The position numbers and the translations under genes are program-made. Below the pieces are notes generated by a model, which ran no database searches, had not been told where the DNA came from, and saw nothing but the letters and a program-made list of their open reading frames with translations. Source: Candidatus Kaiserbacteria bacterium (GTDB lineage: Bacteria > Patescibacteriota > Minisyncoccia > Phycocordibacterales > UBA12088). Taken from it: DNA of 41,341 nucleotides. Position 1 is the stretch's first letter. Every line of letters starts with the position of its first letter. Below, piece by piece: positions 11,151 to 20,667 of the stretch. The stretch covers positions 1-41,341 of the forward strand of contig SKIN01000038.1 in assembly GCA_007116405.1 (NCBI GenBank). The letters run 5' to 3'.

Positions 11151-12131
11151 TTAGTCTTTCGTCTTGCGAAGGAGATCGACTAACATATCGCCGAGCTCTT
11201 TAATGTCATCATCGTCAAGCACGGTGACCGCACCAAGAACAGGCACGGCACGCTCGCTTGATAGCTTTGTTTTGATATCTCGGATTGCGTCATCCGAAAC
11301 AAGGTCACGCTTTGTTAGAAGTACATGTCGTGGAATCGCAACAAGCGAATCGTAAGCCGAGAGTTCTTGCTCAACCGTGTCATATGATGCCAGTACATCA
11401 CCTCGTTCAAGCGAGATACAGTGAATGAGTGCACGCGTACGCGATATATGGCGTAAGAACTTATGTCCGAGACCCTTACCGGATGATGCGCCTTCTATGA
11501 GGCCGGGGATATCTGCTATGATGTGCCCGTAGTAAACACCGAGATTTGGGTCAAGTGTTGTGAATGGGTAGCTTCCCACTTTTGCATCTGCATTGGTGAG
11601 TGCATTCAAAAGACTTGTCTTACCTGCGTTCGGAAGACCAACCAAGCCTAAGTCAGCGATAAGTCTAAGTTCAACATGAAAGTCACCCTTCTCTCCCGGC
11701 TGCCCTTTCGTTGCTTGCATCGGTCTTTGGTTGGTAGAACTCTTGAAGTGCTCGTTTCCGAGTCCCCCCACTCCTCCTTGTAAAATTGTATATTCCTTCC
11801 CTTCTTCGAGTATCTCTATTGCTTCTCCACTGCCTCTATTTGTGACTACAGATCCTATGGGTACGTTGATATAGAGGTGTGGCGCATCCGCCCCGGTCTT
11901 ACTACTGGAAGCGCCGGGTTCTCCATCCTGTGCAGCGTACTCGTGGCGGTACATGAGTGGCCTGAGGGCATTGTTATCACGTATGCCACGTATGCGCACG
12001 TCTCCTCCCCGACCCCCGTTGCCGCCCGCCGGTCCACCTTTTGGCAAGAACTTCTCACGGCGCCAGCGTACAACACCGTCGCCACCCTTGCCTGCGGAAG
12101 CACTGAAATCATATTCATCAATCAGACTCAT
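11151..12131 (-). CDS. obgE: GTPase Obg/CgtA (short form without C-terminal domain)
   Basis: Gly-rich Obg fold (GGPAGGNGGRGG), GLPNAGKT, YPFTTL, DIPGLIEGA, TKRD. Confidence 0.97.
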   Translation of the reverse strand: MSLIDEYDFSASAGKGGDGVVRWRREKFLPKGGPAGGNGGRGGDVRIRGIRDNNALRPLMYRHEYAAQDGEPGASSSKTGADAPHLYINVPIGSVVTNRGSGEAIEILEEGKEYTILQGGVGGLGNEHFKSSTNQRPMQATKGQPGEKGDFHVELRLIADLGLVGLPNAGKTSLLNALTNADAKVGSYPFTTLDPNLGVYYGHIIADIPGLIEGASSGKGLGHKFLRHISRTRALIHCISLERGDVLASYDTVEQELSAYDSLVAIPRHVLLTKRDLVSDDAIRDIKTKLSSERAVPVLGAVTVLDDDDIKELGDMLVDLLRKTKD

Positions 12132-12140
12132 GATATCTCG

Positions 12141-12476
12141 TTATGTTAGTTTATGGGCAATCCAACTCATACTTGCCACTATGAGTGAGCCCAAGAGTGC
12201 CGGGATAAAACCTGCGACCGTGAATCCATCGACGAAGGTGCCGACAAACCAAAAAAGGAGGGCGTTCAATACCCACACAAAAAGCCCGAAGGTAACGATG
12301 GTGATGGGCAGTGTGAGAATGATCAGTATCGGCCGCACGAGTACGTTCAAGAGTGCCAGAAGTACCGCAACGATGAGTGCCACATACAACCCCGCAACAT
12401 CGATACCCGGAACAAGGTGGGCCGCTATGAAGAGGGCCAATACGACCGTGAAGAATCTGGTGAGGATGCGTATCAT
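12141..12476 (-). CDS. YvlD-like / phage-holin-family four-TM membrane protein
   Basis: LLNVLVRPILIILTLPITIVTFGLF...VLNALLF family signature. Confidence 0.85.
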   Translation of the reverse strand: MIRILTRFFTVVLALFIAAHLVPGIDVAGLYVALIVAVLLALLNVLVRPILIILTLPITIVTFGLFVWVLNALLFWFVGTFVDGFTVAGFIPALLGSLIVASMSWIAHKLT

Positions 12477-12531
12477 TCACACATACTACACGAAATACCG
12501 GAAGTCGCCAGAGTCATCTACCGGCAGAACG

Positions 12532-12554
12532 AAAAGGCCGGGTCAGTACCCGGT
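12532..12554 (-). terminator. Possible intrinsic terminator after the GH15 gene
   Basis: CCGGGT-CAGT-ACCCGG hairpin followed on the minus strand by a short T tract. Confidence 0.4.
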
Positions 12555-12580
12555 GCATATCATGTACTCTGCAACACACA

Positions 12581-14548
12581 TCACTCCTTCCCGGGTGTCT
12601 TGCATATCCCAAGCTCAGTGAGTTTTTCGATGTATTCAAGAAGTGTTATCACGTACGTGGCATGGCTCCAGGTGAGCGGCATTACCGACGTCGGGAACCC
12701 GCCTACTGCATCATACTGCTCTGCAAGCATGCCTGCTTCATTACATTTACTCAGCACCCACTGAAGCCGCTCTTTGACCGGTTCAAGGTCCTTCGGTCTC
12801 TTCGCCTTCGCTATCTCATACTCAGCAAGCCACAGTGTGGTGAGTATCCAGGGATTTCCCGGAACACCTTGCGCGGTACGGAAATAATTGTCACCTTCGT
12901 AGCGCGCAATACCACCTCCGGCAGACAGCGCTTTGTTTGTCTGTTCATAGATCTTGAACAATCTCGGATCATCGACCGACAAAATATTGTATTTAAAGAG
13001 ACCATAAAAACTTGATACATCGATGGTCCTGTCCTTCACCATGGTGCCGTGTTCATGGCGAATCGACTTCAGCGCTGTGCCATCTGTGTCGATAAGGTGC
13101 GTGAGAATGCCCTCTTCTATTTCTCGAGCTGCGTTATTCCAACGCTTTGCAGCAACGTGTTTGCCGAGCATCTCGGCAAAACCAGCCGCTGTCTTTAGCC
13201 CCGCGTGCACTGTACAGGTAGTATATGTGAAGGTCGCGAACTGCTCCTCCCAGAGGTCATGACTTGGTAATGGAAGTCCTGTCTTCTTATCTCGGTAACG
13301 CGTGAGAAAATCGGCGACTCGGCGAATGTATGAATTGTAGAGACCCTCGATAAATTCAAGATCGCGCGTGTGCTCGTAGTGGGCTCCGAGTGTGACGAGT
13401 GTGATGGCACTCTCGTCCTCCTGTATGGGCGGTTGCGCTCTTCCGTCCCTCACCCAAGGATGCCATGAACTCCCTAGTGACTTGTCAGAACGATATTTGT
13501 GCAACAGATACCCGTCTTCAGTGAGCACTTCATTATAGAAATGATGGAATTCCTTACTCGCGCTGACGTGACCGGCGCGCAAAAAGGCAAGCATGATGTA
13601 GGCACCATCTCGGGGCCACGAGTAATTGTACGTATCTCGTCCCCACTGGAGGATGGATGAGTCTCCTGAGGCGATGATGGCACCTTTGTTGTCGGTGTGT
13701 GTTCGCATCACAAAGAGTGAACGCCGATAAAGGTTGATGTACTCCTGCTCAATACCACACGTATCGATGTCAATACGGTTCACCCATGCCCTCCAGAAAT
13801 CACGTGTCGTGCGACGAAGGTGCTCAGGACCTCGTGTGAGTATATCGCGATGCATCTTCTCTACCTTACTGTAGCTTTCGCCAGCAGCAAGCCAATACGA
13901 AACGGTACGAGTCCCCTTCCCGCGCATGAAAAGTGAGATGCCGAGAACCGAATCGACACTGCCGTGTTCGACAGCACTCTTCTGGAGCATGCCGTCATCA
14001 GCATCCCGCCAGGTTCCCTCTTTCCCTTCGATACCAAGCAGTCCTACGCTGTAATCATCAAAATAGGCGTCATTCGTGCGAGCGGAGGCGAGAAATACAC
14101 GACGACCCTTGTAGTGAATGATTGCATGCAGCTCGGGGGAGTAGTACGCGGTGTCGCCTCGATGTGATTCACTTATATGGAACTGTTGATTGAAAAATAC
14201 TTTAATATTCCTGTCCTCTTCAAAAAGATTCATTACTTCTATGTGACGTACAAAAATATTATGTTCGTTGTAGACGATGTCTGAAAAACGAAGTTCCACG
14301 CCGATCTTCTCATTTGTCGCAACCACCGACGCGACCAATGTGTCTTGCTCATAGTTTGTGCTAACACGAAACCCCCCATTGGAGAACCAATGGGTCTTGT
14401 CACCGGTGAAAACACCGATGCGATGCATAAGTTGATCCCCCACATGGTTCTCGAGTCCCACTTGGGGGAAATGGAAATCACGAACCTGACCCCACTCATC
14501 ATAACAGACAAGCACATTCCCGTTTCCGAGCACTAGTGAGCGGGCCAT
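12581..14548 (-). CDS. Glycoside hydrolase family 15 (glucoamylase-like)
   Basis: GAIIAS, YNYSWPRDG, HDLWEE, GMLAEQ, PLTWSHA motifs. Confidence 0.9.
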   Translation of the reverse strand: MARSLVLGNGNVLVCYDEWGQVRDFHFPQVGLENHVGDQLMHRIGVFTGDKTHWFSNGGFRVSTNYEQDTLVASVVATNEKIGVELRFSDIVYNEHNIFVRHIEVMNLFEEDRNIKVFFNQQFHISESHRGDTAYYSPELHAIIHYKGRRVFLASARTNDAYFDDYSVGLLGIEGKEGTWRDADDGMLQKSAVEHGSVDSVLGISLFMRGKGTRTVSYWLAAGESYSKVEKMHRDILTRGPEHLRRTTRDFWRAWVNRIDIDTCGIEQEYINLYRRSLFVMRTHTDNKGAIIASGDSSILQWGRDTYNYSWPRDGAYIMLAFLRAGHVSASKEFHHFYNEVLTEDGYLLHKYRSDKSLGSSWHPWVRDGRAQPPIQEDESAITLVTLGAHYEHTRDLEFIEGLYNSYIRRVADFLTRYRDKKTGLPLPSHDLWEEQFATFTYTTCTVHAGLKTAAGFAEMLGKHVAAKRWNNAAREIEEGILTHLIDTDGTALKSIRHEHGTMVKDRTIDVSSFYGLFKYNILSVDDPRLFKIYEQTNKALSAGGGIARYEGDNYFRTAQGVPGNPWILTTLWLAEYEIAKAKRPKDLEPVKERLQWVLSKCNEAGMLAEQYDAVGGFPTSVMPLTWSHATYVITLLEYIEKLTELGICKTPGKE

Positions 14549-14580
14549 GATACAACTAAAAGATCATTACGAAACCTTTT

Positions 14581-15027
14581 CTACTTACAACACGTGCTTT
14601 TGAGTGCGCGTATAGTAGTAGTTCGGGTCTTTGCTTTCTCAACACGCCTTGCGCATGCATCATCTTTGAGGCAGTCGCGTATCCAGCGCGCAAAATCGTT
14701 ACCGTCACGACGAGTATGGTATGCGAACTGCGCCTCCGACATGTCTTTGAGAGCACTGCGGAGGTGTTCAAGAGACTGTACTACTGGTCCATCACAGACC
14801 CAGAACGATTCCTCCGGACTACATGTCCGTACGCAGATGCACCCTGCTTGTTTCTTACCTGCCTGCTTTTTTGTTGCCTTAGCCTTAGGTTGTACTACCG
14901 CTACGGCGACCTTCTTTGAGACAAGGGCCTTCTTTGGGGCCTTGGATGCAGCACTCGAGGTTTTCTTGTTCGGCGCTTTCTTTGCTGGGGTCCTTTTAAC
15001 TACTGATGATTGTTTCTTGGTTGGCAT
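14581..15027 (-). CDS. DUF5752-like protein with Lys/Ala-rich N-terminal tail
   Basis: C-terminal FWVCDG..SLEHLRSAL..FAYH..NDFARWIRD motif recalled as DUF5752-like; N-terminal PAKKAPNKK/APKKA tail. Confidence 0.65.
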   Translation of the reverse strand: MPTKKQSSVVKRTPAKKAPNKKTSSAASKAPKKALVSKKVAVAVVQPKAKATKKQAGKKQAGCICVRTCSPEESFWVCDGPVVQSLEHLRSALKDMSEAQFAYHTRRDGNDFARWIRDCLKDDACARRVEKAKTRTTTIRALKSTCCK

Positions 15028-15033
15028 GGTGTG

Positions 15034-16311
15034 TTATGAGGTTAATGCTTGTAATACTCCGCGGGTCTTATGTCTGAACGATTGCCAGATACCCCGCTTC
15101 ACAGGCTGTGGCCTTTTGGACGTCTGCGTACGTAACCGTACGTCATTCAAAACATTCATGTAAGCGATGTATGCTTCATACGGTGACTCGTAGGGATTGA
15201 AATAGGCGTGCACATCACCGTCCTGAAACCACTTCGTACACATGTAATAGAAATGGTCGGAGGTTGACAGGCGTCGCCAGTCACGCAGTAACACCTCATC
15301 ACCTGTATTTTTTACGTCTTTCTCGAGCGCAAAGAACGCACGTAGGGCATCATGTTGTATGGCGTTGCTCTTCCATGCAGACAGATCACGCTCAACGTCA
15401 GCCCATGAGACATAGTGCGGAGCATCTACTTCGCCGACGGATTCAAACGTTGACATTGCCTCCGTGGGGGTCATGAAAGTGTTATCGCTATGCCTGAGAA
15501 TCTCGCGTGGCATCTCTCGTATGAAATGGAATATACCGGTGTCTTCCCATTGATGCTCGCCAAACGTCTCATAATCCATGAACAAGTTGATGACATGCCC
15601 GTCACCATTATGCGCATTCACCCATTGTGCAAACTTAGGGGCGGTAAGCGGCCACTCTTCCCAGCCTTTGTTGCTGAATCGGAAAGCAATATCATCTGAG
15701 AGCTTGTAGTGTTTGAGTAGTACACGTAATGTCGGATCGTTCTTTGCATGATACACGTACGTGGGTTTACGCCATCCAAGCAGATGGTCAGCACCCTCCG
15801 CTAGCATGCCTAGGTATCCCATATCTGCCACCTGCTCGGCAATGTCATTACGGTAGATAAGCTCGGTGTTGCGAAACACGTACGGCGTAACTCCAAAGAG
15901 GTCCTTGACTTTGTCGGCATGAAGTTGTACTTGCTCACGAAACTCCTCCGGGGACTCAAGGAACGACAGCGAATGGTAATATGTCTCGGAGAGTATCTCC
16001 ACCCTACCTGTCGCAACCAGACGCTTGAACGATTCAATGACTTCGGGGGTATACTCTTCAAACTGTTCTAGTGCGATGCCGGATATGGAGAATGAGGCCT
16101 TGAAATCAGGATAATCATCAAGGTTTCGAAGTAACGCCTCGTTAGCAGGTAAGTAGCACTTATCTGCGACCTTACGTGCGATACGGGCATTATTGGTATC
16201 CCGTTCACTCGAATCATTGAAGTATTCCGAATCATTTCCGATATCGAAGAACCTGTATCGCTTGATGCGACGTGGCTGATGTACTTGAAAATAAAAACAG
16301 ACTGCACTCAT
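15034..16311 (-). CDS. Glycoside hydrolase family 57 (alpha-amylase-like)
   Basis: FQVHQP, ETYYHS, FRNTEL, FMDYETFGEHQW, SWAD; start MSAVCF overlaps the upstream stop (ATGA). Confidence 0.93.
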   Translation of the reverse strand: MSAVCFYFQVHQPRRIKRYRFFDIGNDSEYFNDSSERDTNNARIARKVADKCYLPANEALLRNLDDYPDFKASFSISGIALEQFEEYTPEVIESFKRLVATGRVEILSETYYHSLSFLESPEEFREQVQLHADKVKDLFGVTPYVFRNTELIYRNDIAEQVADMGYLGMLAEGADHLLGWRKPTYVYHAKNDPTLRVLLKHYKLSDDIAFRFSNKGWEEWPLTAPKFAQWVNAHNGDGHVINLFMDYETFGEHQWEDTGIFHFIREMPREILRHSDNTFMTPTEAMSTFESVGEVDAPHYVSWADVERDLSAWKSNAIQHDALRAFFALEKDVKNTGDEVLLRDWRRLSTSDHFYYMCTKWFQDGDVHAYFNPYESPYEAYIAYMNVLNDVRLRTQTSKRPQPVKRGIWQSFRHKTRGVLQALTS

Positions 16312-17540
16312 ATGTTGGTTCGTGAAAGTGATTCTGTTAGCTTCTTGTAAACCATCATACACCGCTCTGCTACCCTCCTCCAAACTTGACCGCGCGCCTC
16401 ACGCATACCTTCGGTCGCAAGCGTCTCCTTTAGGCTCGGATTATCCAGTACCGATACCATCTTGTTGGCCATCTCGTCCGTGTCCCAGAAGTCTGTCTTC
16501 AGCGCATTGCGGATCACTTCGGCGACTCCCGACTGTTTACTGATGAGCACCGGCGTGCCATTCAATAGGGACTCGAGCGGAACGATACCAAATGGTTCTG
16601 AGACTGAAGGCATAACTACAAGGTCTGCGGCACCGTAGAGTCGCGCGAGTTCCTTTTCTCGCAGGAATCCCGTGAAGAGTACTTTGTCACCAATGCCGAG
16701 CTCTGCAGAACGGTCGATGATCTGCTTGGCCATATCTCCTGAACCCGAGATGACAAACAATGTGTTGGGGCGATGTGTGATGACCTTTCTTGCGGCGTTG
16801 AGGAAGTAGTCGGGGCCCTTTTGAAGGGTGAGTCGCCCGACGAAGAGGACTACGCCCCATCCCGAATCCTTGAGACGTTTCATCTCGGCTTCTGTTGCAC
16901 TCGAGACCGCGGTGTCATCAGGATCAATGCCATTGTGCACGACATCAACCTTGTCAGGTGAGATACCGTAGTGGGCCACGATGACGCGCTTGGTGTACTC
17001 GGATACTGCGATTATCCTGTCCGCCTCATGCATACCTCGACGCTCTACGTCATACACGGCCTGATTGACCGACCCGAACCCTGTCCGGTCAAACTCGGTC
17101 GCGTGGACATGTGCAACAAGCGGAAGACCCGTTACCTTCTTTGCGGCAATACCTGCAGGATAGCAAAGCCAGTCATGCACATGAATGACATCAGCCGGAT
17201 ATTGAAGTGCGACCAATGGGGCAAGAGCGGCATATCGTAACACCTCATCAAAAAGACTGGGACCATACCGAAGCTCCGGGTATTGACCACGCAGGAAGTT
17301 AAGCTGCTCTTGTGTCAGGTAACCGGAGTTGAATTGTCGTGCCTGCAGTGAATCGAGAGGGTTCGCCTCGTCAGCGAAGACTATCTTTGCACCGGACGGC
17401 AGTACGGGAAATTTGCGCGGGAGGACAAAACGGACGTCCGCACCCTCAGCAACAAGTCCACGAGTAAGCCCATAGCAAGCTACGCCAAGCCCGCCACTGT
17501 TGCTCGGCGGGAACTCCCATCCATACATGAGAACTCGCAT
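16308..17540 (-). CDS. GT4 glycosyltransferase (alpha-glucan/glycogen synthase-like)
   Basis: GWEFPP..GGLG, HVHDW, HVHATEFDR, GRLTLQKG, PSVSEPFGIVPLE. Confidence 0.92.
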   Translation of the reverse strand: MRVLMYGWEFPPSNSGGLGVACYGLTRGLVAEGADVRFVLPRKFPVLPSGAKIVFADEANPLDSLQARQFNSGYLTQEQLNFLRGQYPELRYGPSLFDEVLRYAALAPLVALQYPADVIHVHDWLCYPAGIAAKKVTGLPLVAHVHATEFDRTGFGSVNQAVYDVERRGMHEADRIIAVSEYTKRVIVAHYGISPDKVDVVHNGIDPDDTAVSSATEAEMKRLKDSGWGVVLFVGRLTLQKGPDYFLNAARKVITHRPNTLFVISGSGDMAKQIIDRSAELGIGDKVLFTGFLREKELARLYGAADLVVMPSVSEPFGIVPLESLLNGTPVLISKQSGVAEVIRNALKTDFWDTDEMANKMVSVLDNPSLKETLATEGMREARGQVWRRVAERCMMVYKKLTESLSRTNI

Positions 17541-17702
17541 TATATATATGGATGCGAATAGAGATTAGATGCGGAAGCGGCTATTCGCATATCCTACAGT
17601 ATACTACAGTCACCCCCTACCCTGGGCTTGCACATATGTGCATAACTTGGCTATAAATATTGGCGAAATGGTGGCCTGAGGCAGATCTCTGAACACCAGC
17701 AC

Positions 17703-20240
17703 CTACGGGACCAGCTTCCACTCCCCCCGGGCGAGCAATGACTCGGCCTTTTTATACTTCATTTGCTTGGTTTCTTTGCCGTTGGTGACGGTGACGAGCT
17801 CATTTCTCCCTATTTTCTGCTCGGTGCGCGCCGGTACAGGAGTAGTGCCGCCTTGGGTCACGCGAGAGGCCTGTTGCGCCAGCGTACTTTGTCGCTTCAT
17901 GCGTTCCTCCTCGCTCTCGAAAGCCCCCACTCCCATCTCAGGCAGCAGTTCGATCACTCGTTCGATGATACCTGTCTCAAGCGACCTGAACATGCGTAAC
18001 CCTTCCTTGCGGTACTCGATGAGCGGATCCCTCTGCCCGTATGCTCGGAGGTTCACCGAACTGCGGAGATGCTCCATGACGTCGAGATGTTCGAGCCAGA
18101 AGAAGTCTATGGTCTGCAAGAGCATCCTGCGCACTACCGTGTAAAACTCATCCTCACCCAGGAGGTCTTTCTTGTTTGCAATGATGTCTCCCGCATTCGC
18201 GTCGTGCGCCATCACCTCATCAAGGAACGCGTCTATCGCCTCACGATCCGCCTCAAGATACCGACGTCGACGTTCGTAGATGACCTGACGCTGATGGTTC
18301 AGCACGTTGTCATACGAGAGGATGCGCTTGCGGGCATCAAAGTTGAATCCTTCGATGCGCTTTTGCGCACCCTCGAGCTGCCTACTGATGATACCCATTT
18401 GTATCGGCTCATCCTCCGATGTCGTTGCTCGAGACATCGTCTTACGAATGAGATCATTGTTGCCGAACACGCGCATGAGATGGTCATCAAGCGACACAAA
18501 GAATTGCGTCTCACCGGGATCTCCTTGCCTGCCCGCTCGACCCCGCAACTGATTGTCGATGCGACGTGCCTCGTGGCGTTCGGTACCTAACACGTAGAGA
18601 CCACCAATCGCTTTCACCTCCTCGTAGGCCGCCTTGTCGACGGGACTGCCACCGAGCTTGATGTCAACACCGCGACCAGCCATGTTGGTGGCAATGGTGA
18701 CCGTGCCTTTACGACCGGCTTGAGCGATGATCTCACCCTCCCGTTCATGGTTCTTTGCGTTCAATACCTCGTGCGGTACGCCCTCTTTTGTGAGGTAGGC
18801 GGACAGTTCCTCATTCTTCTCAATGGAGGCGGTGCCTATGAGTACAGGTTGCCCCTTCTCGTAGAGTTCGCGCACCTTTCGCGCAATTGCCTTTTGCTTG
18901 CCTTGCTCGTTGATAAAGATCATGTCGGGATTATCGATACGTGCCACGGGTTTGTTTGTGGGTATCTGGACAACGTCGAGTTTGTAGACGGTGTAAAATT
19001 CCTCGGAAGATGTCTCCGCGGTTCCTGTCATGCCGGCGAGTTTTTCATACATGCGGAAGTAGTTCTGGAACGTGACTGAAGCAAATGTCCTACTTTCACG
19101 CTGAACCGAGAGACCCTCCTTTGCCTCAACTGCTTGGTGCAACCCATCGCTCCAGCGTCTCCCTGGCTGCATACGCCCAGTAAACTCGTCGACGATGACC
19201 ACCTCGCCATCGCGCACCACATAGTGTTTGTCACGCTCAAACAGCGCCTGCGCGCGGACCGCGGTCTCAAGATGGTGGACGTATTTGATGCCTGCCTCCG
19301 TGTATATATTGTCGACACCTAAAGCCTTTTCCGCTTTTTCTATACCCGCATCGGTCAACTGCACCGCACGAAGCTTTTCGTCCTTCGTGTAGTCCTCTCC
19401 CTCGGTGAGTTTGCGTGCTATCCCAGAGAACTGAGCGTAGAGATCCTCTGATGCATTTGCCGGAGCGCTGATGATAAGCGGGGTTCGTGCTTCATCGATG
19501 AGTATCGAGTCGATCTCGTCTACGATGGCGAAGTAATAGCCACGTTGTCTGAGGTTTGCGACGTCGTATTCAATATTGTCACGCAGATAATCGAAACCAA
19601 ACTCGTTGTTCGTGCCGTACGTGATGTCGGCCGCGTACGCTTCCTTGCGCGTACACGGACGCAGGAAATCATGCACGACCTTAAAGGAACCTGTGGCATC
19701 GCGTTCTTCATCCTCTGCGGAACCCTCCTTGATATCCGGGTCATAGAGGTATGACGCCTGAGAGTTGATGACCGAGACGGTAAGACCAAGGAATGTATAC
19801 ACCTGCCCCATCCATACAGCGTCTCGGCGAGAGAGGTAGTCGTTCACTGTGACGACATGCACACCTTTACCAGTGAGGGCGTTGAGGTATGTTGGCAACG
19901 TCGCGACCAAGGTTTTACCTTCACCGGTACGCATTTCCGCTATGGCGTTACGGTGCAGCGCGGCACCACCCATCACCTGCACATCATAGTGGCGTTCTCC
20001 GAGGACTCGCTTCGCAGCCTCGCGCACTACGGCAAACGCCTCCGGCATGAGTACATCAACGCTCTCTCCCTTTTCCAAGCGTTGCTTGAACTCTTCCGTC
20101 TTTGCCTTGAGTCCGTCGTCAGACATAGCCTGCATTTCATCCTCATGTGCATTGACCGCCGTCACCACCTGTTGCAATTCACGGAGTATCTTGCGATTGG
20201 TACTGTCTCTATATAGCTGTTTCAGTGAAAACGAAAACAT
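17703..20240 (-). CDS. secA: Preprotein translocase SecA
   Basis: MRTGEGKT, VTVNDYL, GTNNEFGFDYLRDN, VDEIDSILIDEARTPLIIS, ATNMAGRG, QLRGRAGRQGDPG; start at ATG 20240, 6 nt after TGG-TACAAT. Confidence 0.98.
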   Translation of the reverse strand: MFSFSLKQLYRDSTNRKILRELQQVVTAVNAHEDEMQAMSDDGLKAKTEEFKQRLEKGESVDVLMPEAFAVVREAAKRVLGERHYDVQVMGGAALHRNAIAEMRTGEGKTLVATLPTYLNALTGKGVHVVTVNDYLSRRDAVWMGQVYTFLGLTVSVINSQASYLYDPDIKEGSAEDEERDATGSFKVVHDFLRPCTRKEAYAADITYGTNNEFGFDYLRDNIEYDVANLRQRGYYFAIVDEIDSILIDEARTPLIISAPANASEDLYAQFSGIARKLTEGEDYTKDEKLRAVQLTDAGIEKAEKALGVDNIYTEAGIKYVHHLETAVRAQALFERDKHYVVRDGEVVIVDEFTGRMQPGRRWSDGLHQAVEAKEGLSVQRESRTFASVTFQNYFRMYEKLAGMTGTAETSSEEFYTVYKLDVVQIPTNKPVARIDNPDMIFINEQGKQKAIARKVRELYEKGQPVLIGTASIEKNEELSAYLTKEGVPHEVLNAKNHEREGEIIAQAGRKGTVTIATNMAGRGVDIKLGGSPVDKAAYEEVKAIGGLYVLGTERHEARRIDNQLRGRAGRQGDPGETQFFVSLDDHLMRVFGNNDLIRKTMSRATTSEDEPIQMGIISRQLEGAQKRIEGFNFDARKRILSYDNVLNHQRQVIYERRRRYLEADREAIDAFLDEVMAHDANAGDIIANKKDLLGEDEFYTVVRRMLLQTIDFFWLEHLDVMEHLRSSVNLRAYGQRDPLIEYRKEGLRMFRSLETGIIERVIELLPEMGVGAFESEEERMKRQSTLAQQASRVTQGGTTPVPARTEQKIGRNELVTVTNGKETKQMKYKKAESLLARGEWKLVP

Positions 20241-20301
20241 GGCGCGATTGTACCACAGATGAAAGAAAGCGTCAGTCTCCCATAATGCCGACCCCAAACA
20301 G

Positions 20302-20328
20302 CACAACATCCGCCGTGCGGATGTTGTG
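20302..20328 (-). terminator. Perfect 12-bp hairpin after the Lys-rich gene, probable terminator
   Basis: CACAACATCCGC-CGT-GCGGATGTTGTG. Confidence 0.6.
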
Positions 20329-20352
20329 AGGTCAAAGAGTGGAAGGTGCGGA

Positions 20353-20511
20353 CTACTTGCGTCGCGTCGCTTTCTTCTTTGTCGTCTTCTTGGTCGCTTT
20401 CTTTGCGGCCTTCTTTACGACTTTCTTTGCCTTCTTGACCGTCTTCTTTGCCTTCTTGGCAACCTTCTTGACGGCCTTCTTTGCCTTCTTGGCTGCTTTC
20501 TTTACCGGCAT
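20353..20511 (-). CDS. 52-aa histone-H1-like Lys-rich protein
   Basis: Too short for the ORF track. Translated by hand: MPVKKAAKKAKKAVKKVAKKAKKTVKKAKKVVKKAAKKATKKTTKKKATRRK*. Confidence 0.8.
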   Translation of the reverse strand: MPVKKAAKKAKKAVKKVAKKAKKTVKKAKKVVKKAAKKATKKTTKKKATRRK

Positions 20512-20641
20512 GATGTCAATTTGAATTGTATATGTAATGAACGACGTCGACCGAAGATAGCTGCGAAGATATCCTCACGTCGTTGTAATACTTCTATTAT
20601 GGTGCAAAAAAAATTTTTACAAAGATGAAAAAGAAATTTTA

Positions 20642-20650
20642 TGTGGATAA
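20642..20650 (-). promoter_or_regulatory. Perfect DnaA-box consensus TTATCCACA
   Basis: TGTGGATAA on the plus strand, 40 nt upstream of a CATAAT -10 (20596-20601). Confidence 0.5.
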
Positions 20651-20667
20651 CATGACGCAACCTCCGG

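Noticed and set aside
12141..12476. Prophage, suggested by the holin-family gene
   Set aside because: This family is commonly chromosomal and no phage genes are nearby
20339..20524. Phe-rich plus-strand ORF resembling a membrane peptide
   Set aside because: Reverse complement of the Lys-codon repeats of the minus-strand gene
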